Shown here piece by piece: positions 38,479 to 46,923 of a stretch of 64,000 nt of DNA. The notes below the pieces were generated by a model, which searched no databases, was not told the origin of the DNA, and saw only the letters and a program-made list of their open reading frames with translations. The position numbers were made by a program, and so were the translations under genes. Location: contig JAEWTW010000053.1 of the NCBI GenBank assembly GCA_023397655.1, positions 2,836 to 66,835 of the forward strand. The letters are read 5' to 3'. Position 1 is the first letter of the stretch. Every line of letters starts with the position of its first letter. This DNA comes from Bacillota bacterium (lineage in GTDB: Bacteria; Bacillota; Clostridia; Christensenellales; SZUA-584).

Positions 38479-38739
38479 CTACTCTGCTTTAACAAAGATA
38501 ATCTTTTTTTCTTTATATGTGTCTGAAACACATTCCGTTTCATAACCTGCCTCAAGCCACGAAATTGCTTGCGAATGATCTTTGTTATTTGACCACCATG
38601 CTTCAGCATGTCTAATTGAGGAATCTGGCAAAGAATCCCCAATTATTCTTTCAATCTCATCGAAAGAAAGTATTACTCTTGGTAGATTTAATTTTTCAAG
38701 ATACTTGCTAAGATTAATGTACTTATCACCTTTTGGCAT
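38479..38739 (-). CDS. Small hypothetical protein, 86 aa (AT-rich cassette 2)
   Basis: MPKGDKYINLSKYLEKLNLPRVILSFDEIERIIGDSLPDSSIRHAEAWWSNNKDHSQAISWLEAGY. GAGGAG upstream. I recall this KY..L..YL / LSF.EIE.I.G..LP.S / WW.N layout as a widespread small domain but cannot name it reliably. Confidence 0.55.
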   Translation of the reverse strand: MPKGDKYINLSKYLEKLNLPRVILSFDEIERIIGDSLPDSSIRHAEAWWSNNKDHSQAISWLEAGYETECVSDTYKEKKIIFVKAE

Positions 38740-38752
38740 AGTATTCTCCTCA

Positions 38753-39388
38753 TTACTTATTTGTTGTTCTAAATGAAACATTAAACAATCTTTTTATCAT
38801 CAATATTTTATTCTCATATTGAGTTGAAATTAAATTAATATTTCGTAACCGCTCTAAAGCACGAGTAAGTGATACTTCTGTAATATTGAGCTTATCTAAT
38901 AGCTCATTAAAAGAGATGTCCCCTTCATTTACTAAAATTCTCATTATTTCTTTTTCAGGGGAAGAACTTAATGTTATATTAGTTAATTTAGTATAATCAT
39001 TTTGCGTTTCTTCTAGTTTTCTTCTTATTCTATCTAATTTTTCATCTATTGTTTTTTCAATACTCTCATCACTATTATCTCTTACTTCCTTACCAATATT
39101 TGTTAGCATGGCTTGTATTTCATCAAAATTTCTATATGCTTTTGTTACAATTTTAATAAAATTATCTTCATTTTGATAATCGCTTGGCGAGTATAGAACT
39201 GAAGGATTAAAATTCCAAGTTATAAAAAACAGTAGAACAAGAAGAATTGGGAATAACATAACATACCAAATAAAGATTTGTTGCAAATTCGGCGTTAGGA
39301 AAGTGATTACACTAGTTCCAGCTATTTCTGCAATTCCTGCAAATATTCCAACGACAGTCAAAGGATTAGATATTTTCTCTCGTTTCAT
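38753..39388 (-). CDS. Membrane-anchored protein with coiled-coil and C-terminal winged-helix DNA-binding-like domain (AT-rich cassette 2)
   Basis: 2 N-terminal TM, a charged helical middle, and C-terminal EIMRILVNEGDISFNELLDKLNITEVSLTRALERLRNINLIS. About 28% GC. Confidence 0.55.
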   Translation of the reverse strand: MKREKISNPLTVVGIFAGIAEIAGTSVITFLTPNLQQIFIWYVMLFPILLVLLFFITWNFNPSVLYSPSDYQNEDNFIKIVTKAYRNFDEIQAMLTNIGKEVRDNSDESIEKTIDEKLDRIRRKLEETQNDYTKLTNITLSSSPEKEIMRILVNEGDISFNELLDKLNITEVSLTRALERLRNINLISTQYENKILMIKRLFNVSFRTTNK

Positions 39389-39606
39389 GTAAAATACCTC
39401 AAAGTTTTTTATATTATATCACACCCCTCGCCATAAACATACATATCAGGACAAATTCGGTGCAAACCGGAAAATCTTGAAGAGAACAGCCTTGATCGTT
39501 CCACTGACAGCACCGCATATATAGTCTCACATATGGCAAAGAACGGTTGTCAGGCTTTAGAAGACGTAGTATGATGGAATAAATTTGTACACAGTGAGGG
39601 TGGGCA

Positions 39607-40086
39607 TTGAAGAACGAGCATTTTGGCAGCATATTCAGGGAATCGCGCATGGCGCATGCGGACGGAGACGGCAAACCGCTTTCGATGCAAAGGGCGGCTG
39701 ACGAGCTCTATATCGACTACAAAACGCTGTCGCGGTATGAGCTGGGCGAGCAGCTACCGTCGCATGAAATGGTCTGCCGTATGAGCCGGCTTTATGTTGA
39801 CCCCGCACTCCGCCGCATATTCTGTGCGGAGATGTGCGATATCGGCAAGCTGGACAACGCATTCTCGAGGCCGCGCAGCCTGTTCTCGTCCGGCTACAAG
39901 CTGATCCATGCCAGCGAGCAGCTGGAGTGCGTCAAAAACGCGCTGTTTTCCATATTGTCGGACGGTGTGGTGGAAGAGGATGAACTGCAGGTTCTGAACG
40001 AAGTCATCCCCCAGCAGATCAGGGGCATCAAGAAGATACTGAACGAAATTGAAGTCGAGATCGAGCGGCAGGGCTTTTTGGAATAG
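39607..40086 (+). CDS. XRE-family helix-turn-helix protein
   Basis: LSMQRAADELYIDYKTLSRYELGEQLPSHEMVCRMSRLY. TTG start; alternative ATG at 39649. Confidence 0.65.
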   Translation: MKNEHFGSIFRESRMAHADGDGKPLSMQRAADELYIDYKTLSRYELGEQLPSHEMVCRMSRLYVDPALRRIFCAEMCDIGKLDNAFSRPRSLFSSGYKLIHASEQLECVKNALFSILSDGVVEEDELQVLNEVIPQQIRGIKKILNEIEVEIERQGFLE

Positions 40087-40430
40087 CCTTTCAATGCTGC
40101 TCGGGCCTGTCAATGGAGAATTGGCGGGCTTTTTTGTTTGCTTTGGGGCAAAGAATGGGACATCGGCAGTCAAAAACGGACATCAAACACGAACTTTCAT
40201 CCGGTAGTCGGATGTGAGCCGCAGTCGTATGTCCTCGGGACGGCACTGCCCAAGGACACAACTTGTCAATGAAACGACAAAAACAGACAAAGGTTGACGA
40301 GATACGCGCAGTTATATGGGTTATAGTATATATGTCAGTCGGCATTGCCGGTGTATGAAAGCCAGAGAGAGGCGGCGCATCCGTGCAGCCGCCAATACAT
40401 AAAAACGGTAGCAAGTTTCCCACTCAAAAA

Positions 40431-40485
40431 CAGCAGGACCCGAAGCCCGTGAGCAAAACACGAATCGGGTCCTTGCTGTTATTTT
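40431..40485. terminator. Long imperfect hairpin flanked by A-run and T-run (bidirectional terminator-like)
   Basis: CAGCAGGACCCG-N23-CGGGTCCTTGCTG, then TTATTTT; AAAAA precedes it. Confidence 0.5.
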
Positions 40486-40582
40486 CAGCGGTCAGCACAC
40501 AGCGGATCACGAATGACTCTTGAATTGCATGCCATGGTTGCGATAGAATAACAGCAATAACGCAAATTTCGAGGTGACAAAA

Positions 40583-41065
40583 ATGAACCACACCCTATCC
40601 TTTCGCGACGCAACGCCCGAGGACGCTGGCCTGATACTCTATTTCATTAAAGCGCTGGCGGACTACGAAAAAATGAACAGCGATGTGCAGGCTACCGAAG
40701 AGCTGCTGCGCGAGTGGATATTCGAGAAGCGTAAGGCGGAGGTGTTCTTTGCGCTGGCGGACGGGAAGGAAGTTGGCTTTGCGCTGTTCTTCCATAACTT
40801 TTCGACGTTTTTAGGACGAGCGGGTATCTATCTGGAAGACCTGTATGTGCTGCCTGAATACCGCGGAAAGGGAATCGGCAAAGCGATCTTAAGGCGGCTG
40901 GCGCAGCTCACGCGGGAGCGCGGCTGCGGGCGTTTGGAATGGGCGTGCCTTAACTGGAACCAGCCCAGCATCGACTTCTATCTGTCGCTGGGCGCTCAGC
41001 CGATGAGCGACTGGACGGTGTACCGGCTGTCCGGGGATGCGATGGAAAAGCTGGCGGAAGGGTGA
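40583..41065 (+). CDS. GNAT family N-acetyltransferase (diamine/spermidine acetyltransferase-like)
   Basis: YVLPEYRGKGIGKAILRRLAQL acetyl-CoA motif; size about 160 aa. Confidence 0.8.
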   Translation: MNHTLSFRDATPEDAGLILYFIKALADYEKMNSDVQATEELLREWIFEKRKAEVFFALADGKEVGFALFFHNFSTFLGRAGIYLEDLYVLPEYRGKGIGKAILRRLAQLTRERGCGRLEWACLNWNQPSIDFYLSLGAQPMSDWTVYRLSGDAMEKLAEG

Positions 41066-41163
41066 AAAGACCGGTATCCAACGGTTTATGCCCGCTCTAC
41101 TCAGTATCGCCGTTTTGGTAATCGAGAGTCGATCATGCTTCTGTTACAGGTGTTCATACAAGG

Positions 41164-41793
41164 CTAGACACCCTTGTGTGCTTGCAATCCTTCTAGGAGC
41201 AGCTTCAGGTGCGCTCTTGACTGTGCTTTGTAATCGAAGTCCGGCTGGCGGATGCACCACTCGTAGGTGAGCCCGCGGATAGCCATCATCAGGTGCCGCG
41301 TCAGCGTGTCCGCCGTCATATCCGTCCTGATCTCCCCGGATGCGATCCCTCGTTCCAGCACACGCCGATAGATAACATATATATCCCTGTTATAATTTGA
41401 CACAGCGCCGATGCCCGCATTGCCCGACAACTGAGTTTTATAAACGGCTGTCATTTTCTCAACGCCGATTTCTGCCGTCAGTATCTCCGATATCTTATCC
41501 ATCAACGACAATATCACTTCTTCCACAGCCATATCCTCCGGAAGCGTGTCTATGAAGCTTTGATATTTGGCGTCCACAATGGTCACCTCATCGTTGACCA
41601 GCTCCATCAATAATGCATCCTTGGAGGCGAAGTGTACATAGAAAGAACCTTTGGACACGCCCGCCGCCTTGACGATGGAGTCCACACTTACTGTGTCCGG
41701 CTCATTCTCTGTAAATAGCCGCTCCGCGCTCCTATAAATCCTGTTCCTCGTCTCCTCAGCCAACCTACGCCTGTTGCTTCCGTCATATGTCAT
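41164..41793 (-). CDS. TetR/AcrR family transcriptional regulator
   Basis: RNRIYRSAERLFTENEPDTVSVDSIVKAAGVSKGSFYVHFASKDALL. Start moved to MTYDG, with GGAG 7 nt upstream. Confidence 0.85.
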   Translation of the reverse strand: MTYDGSNRRRLAEETRNRIYRSAERLFTENEPDTVSVDSIVKAAGVSKGSFYVHFASKDALLMELVNDEVTIVDAKYQSFIDTLPEDMAVEEVILSLMDKISEILTAEIGVEKMTAVYKTQLSGNAGIGAVSNYNRDIYVIYRRVLERGIASGEIRTDMTADTLTRHLMMAIRGLTYEWCIRQPDFDYKAQSRAHLKLLLEGLQAHKGV

Positions 41794-41822
41794 CACATTC
41801 TCCAAAATTGGTAAAATAATTG

Positions 41823-41836
41823 GTGACCACAGTCAC
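41823..41836. promoter_or_regulatory. Inverted repeat GTGAC-N4-GTCAC, candidate TetR operator among TATAAT hexamers (41846-41851, 41857-41862)
   Basis: Read directly. Lies 30 nt upstream of the tetR start. Confidence 0.4.
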
Positions 41837-41994
41837 TTAATACTGTATAATCTGATTATAATGTTATCCTCACCGGAAATCAATCGACGGGAATCGCAAA
41901 CCCCGCCCGGAGCGCCGCTGACGGCATGCGCGATTACGGCGAGGCTGCTGGCTCCACCTCAAAGCAGAAAAACTTCAGGGCGGCATGAACTGAT

Positions 41995-42018
41995 ATAAAA
42001 AGCGGCGCATTAGCCGCT
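41995..42018 (-). terminator. Terminator-like hairpin downstream of the ketopantoate-reductase-family gene
   Basis: AGCGGC-N6-GCCGCT with a T-run on the minus strand. Confidence 0.5.
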
Positions 42019-42046
42019 ATGCAATACATACGGACACATCTCCCTA

Positions 42047-42071
42047 AGCGGCGGCAGGCCGCTTCTTTTTT
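42047..42071 (+). terminator. Plus-strand rho-independent terminator with no annotated plus-strand gene upstream
   Basis: AGCGGC-GGCAG-GCCGCT followed by TCTTTTTT. Confidence 0.55.
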
Positions 42072-42095
42072 GGGCACCGTTCCGCCGCAATCCGG

Positions 42096-43034
42096 CTAGA
42101 TTTGCGGCATATACACCCCGAGCTTTTCCCATGCGGGCGCTGCGATATCCGCTTGCTGCCGGAGCGCCTCAAAGTCGTCAAACAGCCGCCGCATTTCATC
42201 CTTGGCGTTCATCGCGTGATCGCTGGCAGTCAATCGGCCTATCGGTGTTCCTGCGAGGAATTTGATAAGCCGGTAGCACTTCCGGCGCTGACCGCGCACA
42301 AAGCCGGTGTCCTCCGGCGGCACAGGCACGCCGCAGGTCTCCAGCACGCGGTAACCGTCATCCATCGCGTCAATCGCCAGGTTCAGCAGCGCTTTATCCC
42401 GCGCAGCCCGCCTCAGCTTACCGTCCACAGCGTAGCACACCATGGCGAGCGGCAGTACAAACGCGGCATGGCTTTTAAGCCAGACGTCCATGTCGCCTCG
42501 AGGGACCAGCTTCATGCGCGTTCCGTCCAGCGCCTGCAGCAGCAACATGACCTCGGCTTTGCCGCCGTCGATACTGCCTGCCGTTAGTTTGCCGCCGCCC
42601 ACGTGGATGCTGACGATGCGCCCGTTCTCTCTGCGCCCGCCCGACATCTGGAACGCAAACGCCACGCGTTTAGGCTCCTTGCTGTGCGTGTTGATATACC
42701 GCTCCGTTCCGGCAGCATCCATGTTATTGCCCACCAACACAATCAGCGGGTCTCCCTCATTCGCGGCCAGCGCGAGCAGTACTTCACCCAGCTGGTTCGT
42801 ACGCATGACCACAAAAATGATATCATACGCATCGTCCGGAAGAAGCGCATCCGTCAGGCTTACGGTATCGCGCGTGGTTCTGCACTGCAGCCAGTGTTGT
42901 ATTACCAGACCCTTCTGCTTCAGCTCCTCAAGCCTCTGCCCCCGGGCAAGCAGCGTCACGATATGGCCGTTTCGGTGCAGCGTGTGCGCAAGCAGGCTGC
43001 CCAGCACCCCCGCCCCGTATACCAGTATGTTCAC
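42096..43034 (-). CDS. Ketopantoate reductase (ApbA/PanE) family oxidoreductase
   Basis: MNILVYGAGVLGSLLAHTL Rossmann start; size 312 aa. Confidence 0.75.
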   Translation of the reverse strand: MNILVYGAGVLGSLLAHTLHRNGHIVTLLARGQRLEELKQKGLVIQHWLQCRTTRDTVSLTDALLPDDAYDIIFVVMRTNQLGEVLLALAANEGDPLIVLVGNNMDAAGTERYINTHSKEPKRVAFAFQMSGGRRENGRIVSIHVGGGKLTAGSIDGGKAEVMLLLQALDGTRMKLVPRGDMDVWLKSHAAFVLPLAMVCYAVDGKLRRAARDKALLNLAIDAMDDGYRVLETCGVPVPPEDTGFVRGQRRKCYRLIKFLAGTPIGRLTASDHAMNAKDEMRRLFDDFEALRQQADIAAPAWEKLGVYMPQI

Positions 43035-43170
43035 ATCGGATTCCTCCCAGGCTGCATAGTCAGATTTTGCTGAGTTATACTTTTTCCAGCGGACTCAGCT
43101 TATATCTCCATTATGCGCTCACATAGGATGTATTATCACCAAACAGTTTGAAGAGAACACCGGACTAATG

Positions 43171-43614
43171 TTAGCCGCTACAGCTTTTCTGCAATCCGAT
43201 GATGCACAGCCAGCGTATCACCAGAGCCTGCCCGGCAGGCGTGTTCCAGTCAGATTCCAGCGCGGAATGGCACCTGACCCCCATCCCCTGACGTTCGTGG
43301 TGACAGAAGCGGCATTCCAGCGGCTCCAGCCCCGTCCCGAACAGCGTACACAAGCCATGCTTCAAGAACGTGCAGCCGTTACGGTCATACTGCGCTACGC
43401 CGCCCTCGCAGCCCCGCAGCGCCGGAGACAACACGCCGAACCGAAGCTCCGGCGACAGTTCAAGCATCATGCGGCCTGCCAGACCGGCTTCCAGAGCGCG
43501 CTGCGCCTCCTGCACCGTCCACCAGCCGGGACGCGCGCAGTAAGACGTACATACTTCGCAGCTGCATGGCTCCGAGGGTGCAAATCTCTCCGAGAGCGAC
43601 CGTCTATTTCCCAT
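43171..43614 (-). CDS. Cys-rich hypothetical protein, 147 aa
   Basis: Start moved to MGNRRSL, with GGGAGG 7 nt upstream. CSCEVCTSYC, CEGG, CTFLKHGLC and CRFCHH clusters. Confidence 0.55.
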   Translation of the reverse strand: MGNRRSLSERFAPSEPCSCEVCTSYCARPGWWTVQEAQRALEAGLAGRMMLELSPELRFGVLSPALRGCEGGVAQYDRNGCTFLKHGLCTLFGTGLEPLECRFCHHERQGMGVRCHSALESDWNTPAGQALVIRWLCIIGLQKSCSG

Positions 43615-43837
43615 AACGCCGCCTCCCATACGTTGCCGCCAGGTATTCTCCCGGCACGGCAGACCGGCTACACCATTACGTACGTATTCAACCAGATTAT
43701 ATATCCGCATGTATATATTGTAAATATGGGTTTTTTCATACGAATGCCTCGCTTTATAATAATCCGTCTGCTTTGTGCATAGTATGTATCGGACTCTTTG
43801 AGTTACTATGGTTTCCACCGAATAATCTCATTTATTG

Positions 43838-43869
43838 TCCGCCGCCCCTGATCGGGCGGTTATTTTTTT
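43838..43869 (+). terminator. Terminator-like element, copy 1 of an identical 32-nt sequence
   Basis: TCCGCCGCCCCTGATCGGGCGGTTATTTTTTT (stem CCGCCC/GGGCGG plus T-run). Identical to 45812-45843. Confidence 0.6.
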
Positions 43870-43992
43870 GCGGTCGCACAACAGAATCGCCATCTCAAGC
43901 ATTGTTAAATCTTAATATATAATGTATAATTTCATCAAATATACGAATTTATATTCTCATTTTCAATAAATAATGCTTCATTGGGAGGATCT

Positions 43993-44169
43993 ATGAAAGC
44001 TCACAAACCCGTGTTGTTTACGTTGATCTGCTGTACCGTATTCATCGCTTTGCTTGCCCTATACGCGCTCGTGCTCTTCGACGCGATGATGCCCAGGGGG
44101 GAAACCTACGAAGACCCGTATCACCATCGCTTTGCCGGGAGGCTGGTATCAAAGCTCGACGATGGATGA
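43993..44169 (+). CDS. Small membrane protein, 58 aa
   Basis: GGGAGG RBS. One TM (VLFTLICCTVFIALLALYALVLF). Overlaps the next gene by 8 nt. Confidence 0.5.
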   Translation: MKAHKPVLFTLICCTVFIALLALYALVLFDAMMPRGETYEDPYHHRFAGRLVSKLDDG

Positions 44170-44806
44170 CGGCACAATATATTTTAACAAGGGTGATGAT
44201 ACCTTCGTCGCCTATGAATGGGTTGATTATTGGAGTGCTCAGGAACTGAGCGTTCCGCGCGAATCAGTTGATAATTCATTTTTTTCCAGCGAAGAACGCC
44301 GGGAAATGTTCGGCCAAGGAAATCGCCCGGCAGTCTTAAACGGCAATGAGTATTATATATTGTCTGTCTACGGCGAAGAAGAGACCCTAGTGGAAGCCTT
44401 CCGGTTCCATAACGGCATTTGGTACCGCTTTTCAATACTTGCCGAAGACACGCTTCAGGAACGCAATTTTTATCGATTTCTGGGTGAGGTAAGCTATCCG
44501 GATAACTGGGATAATTACCAGCTGCGCGGCTCGTTTGAAACCGTCAGTTCATCGGCAAATCCAATAAAGGCTATTCTGGAGATGAGCGACAGGAGCGACG
44601 ACGCCGAATGGACAGCAAATGGGGTCTATTGGCTGAATCTGCTGTCTGTCTTGATCCTCTTTTTAATCCCATTTGTTATCAGCCGCAGCATCTTCCTCAG
44701 ATACCGGCTCAGCCGCAAGCAGGCCTTGCTGATATCGTTGATTGCCGCCGCAGTGGCAGCAGGCGGGCTGCTGTTTGGGCTGTATTGGGTGGGCATCAGC
44801 CAGTAG
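44162..44806 (+). CDS. Hypothetical membrane protein ending at an in-frame TAG (possibly truncated)
   Basis: Soluble N-terminal domain, then 2 TM. The frame stays open and coding-like for 39 more codons after TAG 44804-44806. Confidence 0.55.
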   Translation: MDDGTIYFNKGDDTFVAYEWVDYWSAQELSVPRESVDNSFFSSEERREMFGQGNRPAVLNGNEYYILSVYGEEETLVEAFRFHNGIWYRFSILAEDTLQERNFYRFLGEVSYPDNWDNYQLRGSFETVSSSANPIKAILEMSDRSDDAEWTANGVYWLNLLSVLILFLIPFVISRSIFLRYRLSRKQALLISLIAAAVAAGGLLFGLYWVGISQ

Positions 44807-44942
44807 TTCGCGCTGGAGTCCATAGCGCTGGGGCTCATCGCACTCAAGGTGCTGACGACGGGCATGGAAATGCCTGTCTTGCCGGAGCCGCCCAACGCTG
44901 ATATTTCAAGCGCTCAGCCATCGTAACAGAAAGGAATTTCCA

Positions 44943-45803
44943 ATGAGAAAAACGTTTGCACTCCTCAGTTTAATGCTAATATTGCTGCTGGGCAGCTGCT
45001 CAAACCCCGTCAGCCTGCTGCCGACACCTCTTCCCGAAGCTGCTGAAGAAAACGCCGTCAAAGCTGAACCGAAAACAGAAATCCCGACAGAAACGCCCTC
45101 CAATATCACAACTCAGGCCGATCTTTCTGGTATCGTACAATTCTCCCGCGAGGAGAGATATCTGGTGAAGTCTCTCTGGCCGCTGGAGACATATACACCG
45201 TCGGATATGGGCGAACTTATCTCAATCGATATGATGACCTTCGGCGACTATTATATGATGACGATGAGTTTCTCTTCGGATACGCCCTTTGAGGAACTGC
45301 GCGAAACGTTGACAGGCTATATCAGCGGGGAGTGGCTGGAAGGTGACGGAAGGATCTATACGTTTGACGGAGTCGCGGAAGGCAAAAAAATACTCAGCTC
45401 TATGGAAGAGAATGGTGCGGCCTGCACAATCGAACTCACCTTTTCTCTTGATACGCGCTACAGTGAAGCGGAGTCAATGGTGTCAAGCCACTGGCCGGAA
45501 GGCGCCATCGAGCTGCCAGAGGAGTTGGCTGAAGCGAAACCCGACAGTCTGTCCTTTCTTGTCAGCGAGGAGAAAAGCAGCGTATCGCGCTCCTGGACAA
45601 TATCCGGCTATGACGATGTCATGGATTGGTTTTCAGAACGTTACAGCAGCGCTGATAACTATACCTTTAAAGAAGATCCGGACTTAAGCTCCCAAACCAT
45701 CACGTTTACGGTCAGCGGGCTTGAGGTCAAGATTGACCGCACTGGCATATTTAATTCAATTTTTGTAAATTTCTCAGCACCCACCAAAGATCCTGTCATA
45801 TAG
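44943..45803 (+). CDS. Lipoprotein, hypothetical
   Basis: MRKTFALLSLMLILLLGSCSNP lipobox. Confidence 0.65.
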   Translation: MRKTFALLSLMLILLLGSCSNPVSLLPTPLPEAAEENAVKAEPKTEIPTETPSNITTQADLSGIVQFSREERYLVKSLWPLETYTPSDMGELISIDMMTFGDYYMMTMSFSSDTPFEELRETLTGYISGEWLEGDGRIYTFDGVAEGKKILSSMEENGAACTIELTFSLDTRYSEAESMVSSHWPEGAIELPEELAEAKPDSLSFLVSEEKSSVSRSWTISGYDDVMDWFSERYSSADNYTFKEDPDLSSQTITFTVSGLEVKIDRTGIFNSIFVNFSAPTKDPVI

Positions 45804-45811
45804 CGCTGTCA

Positions 45812-45843
45812 TCCGCCGCCCCTGATCGGGCGGTTATTTTTTT
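45812..45843 (+). terminator. Rho-independent terminator, copy 2 of the identical 32-nt sequence
   Basis: Same 32 nt as 43838-43869, starting 9 nt after the lipoprotein stop. Confidence 0.75.
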
Positions 45844-45889
45844 TGAGTCTGCGGATATTAAACACTAACATCATAAGGAGGAAGCAGGC

Positions 45890-46540
45890 ATGAAGAGACT
45901 GCTGTACATATCCGCAAACACCAAGCCGGAGGAAATGTCCACCAGTAAAACGGTGGCGCGTATGCTGGTGAACCGGATGCTCGCCAAATCACAGGACTTG
46001 GCGGTGGAGGAACTGGACCTGTATCAGTCGCATATACCACAGCTGAAGCATGCGTATCTGGCGGGACGCAACGCGCTGGTCGATGATGAAGCAAAGAAGA
46101 AATTAAGCCCCGAGGAGCAAAGGGAGATCGACCGCATCAACGCGTTGTGCGACCAGTTCCGTGCCGCCGACGTGTATGTACTGGCCGCGCCGATGTGGAG
46201 CCTGTCGTTTCCGCCGCCCGTCAAGGAATATCTGGACTGCGTCATACAGGCGGGCAAGACCATCGCGTTCGACAAGGGCAACAAGCCTCACGGTCTTTTG
46301 GGCGATAAGGCCCGCTCATTCGTATATGTGCAGTCGTCCGGCGGGCACATACCGTGGCTGGTACGCCCGGCGCTGAATAAAGGGCTGAACTATGTGCACG
46401 ACATTATGCGTTTTCTGGGCGTCAGCGTATTTGAGGAGCTGCTGGTGGACGGCACAGGCACCACGGAAGAGGAGCGGCAGGAAGCCATAGAAAAAGCAGC
46501 CGGTAAAATTGACGACGTTCTGGCCGGCATACTGTATTAG
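45890..46540 (+). CDS. azoR: FMN-dependent NADH-azoreductase family protein
   Basis: MKRLLYISANTKPEEMSTSK ... ADVYVLAAPMWSLSFPPPVKEYLDCVIQAGKTIAF. Confidence 0.75.
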   Translation: MKRLLYISANTKPEEMSTSKTVARMLVNRMLAKSQDLAVEELDLYQSHIPQLKHAYLAGRNALVDDEAKKKLSPEEQREIDRINALCDQFRAADVYVLAAPMWSLSFPPPVKEYLDCVIQAGKTIAFDKGNKPHGLLGDKARSFVYVQSSGGHIPWLVRPALNKGLNYVHDIMRFLGVSVFEELLVDGTGTTEEERQEAIEKAAGKIDDVLAGILY

Positions 46541-46905
46541 CGCGCCATGGCAGACACGGCACCTGATATGAAGGGCACCAACCACACCGCCCACACCACG
46601 ATGCTGAAACGGTGAAAGTGCGCCTTTACTTCAGCGCTGCCCCGCGAGAGCACCCATGAGGCCCATATCGCATGCACCAGCATCAGCGCGATGGCCAGCA
46701 CACCGGTGATGCCGTGAAGGTTGAGCCGTAACCCGTCGCGCGCGAGCTCCGTCATCAGAGTGGTGCCGGTGGTATCGAACGCAAAACCGGCCCAGAACAT
46801 CGCCAGATGCCAGCCTTTGAGCGTCCGTTGTATCCTCTCGCCCCACACGCCGACGGTATAGAACACCAGCGCCAGTGTGATGGTGACAACAGCAAAAATC
46901 AGCAT
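46537..46905 (-). CDS. HsmA/TIGR03987-like small membrane protein
   Basis: 4 TM, conserved His residues; size 122 aa. Confidence 0.6.
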   Translation of the reverse strand: MLIFAVVTITLALVFYTVGVWGERIQRTLKGWHLAMFWAGFAFDTTGTTLMTELARDGLRLNLHGITGVLAIALMLVHAIWASWVLSRGSAEVKAHFHRFSIVVWAVWLVPFISGAVSAMAR

Positions 46906-46923
46906 GAATCCGTCTTCTCTCTT

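Noticed and set aside
40091-40423. 110-aa minus-strand ORF in the XRE-GNAT gap.
   Set aside because: It has no RBS, Cys/Thr/Pro-rich implausible composition, and it spans hairpin structures. The region is treated as non-coding.
41774-41998. 74-aa plus-strand ORF divergent from tetR.
   Set aside because: It starts inside the tetR coding region upstream of the putative promoter, and its composition is not protein-like. The region is instead discussed as an orphan transcript.
43615-43818. N-terminal 68-aa extension of the Cys-rich ORF, and the antisense 204-aa ORF at 43168-43782.
   Set aside because: The extension runs through AT-rich promoter-like DNA. A strong GGGAGG RBS precedes the internal Met at 43614.
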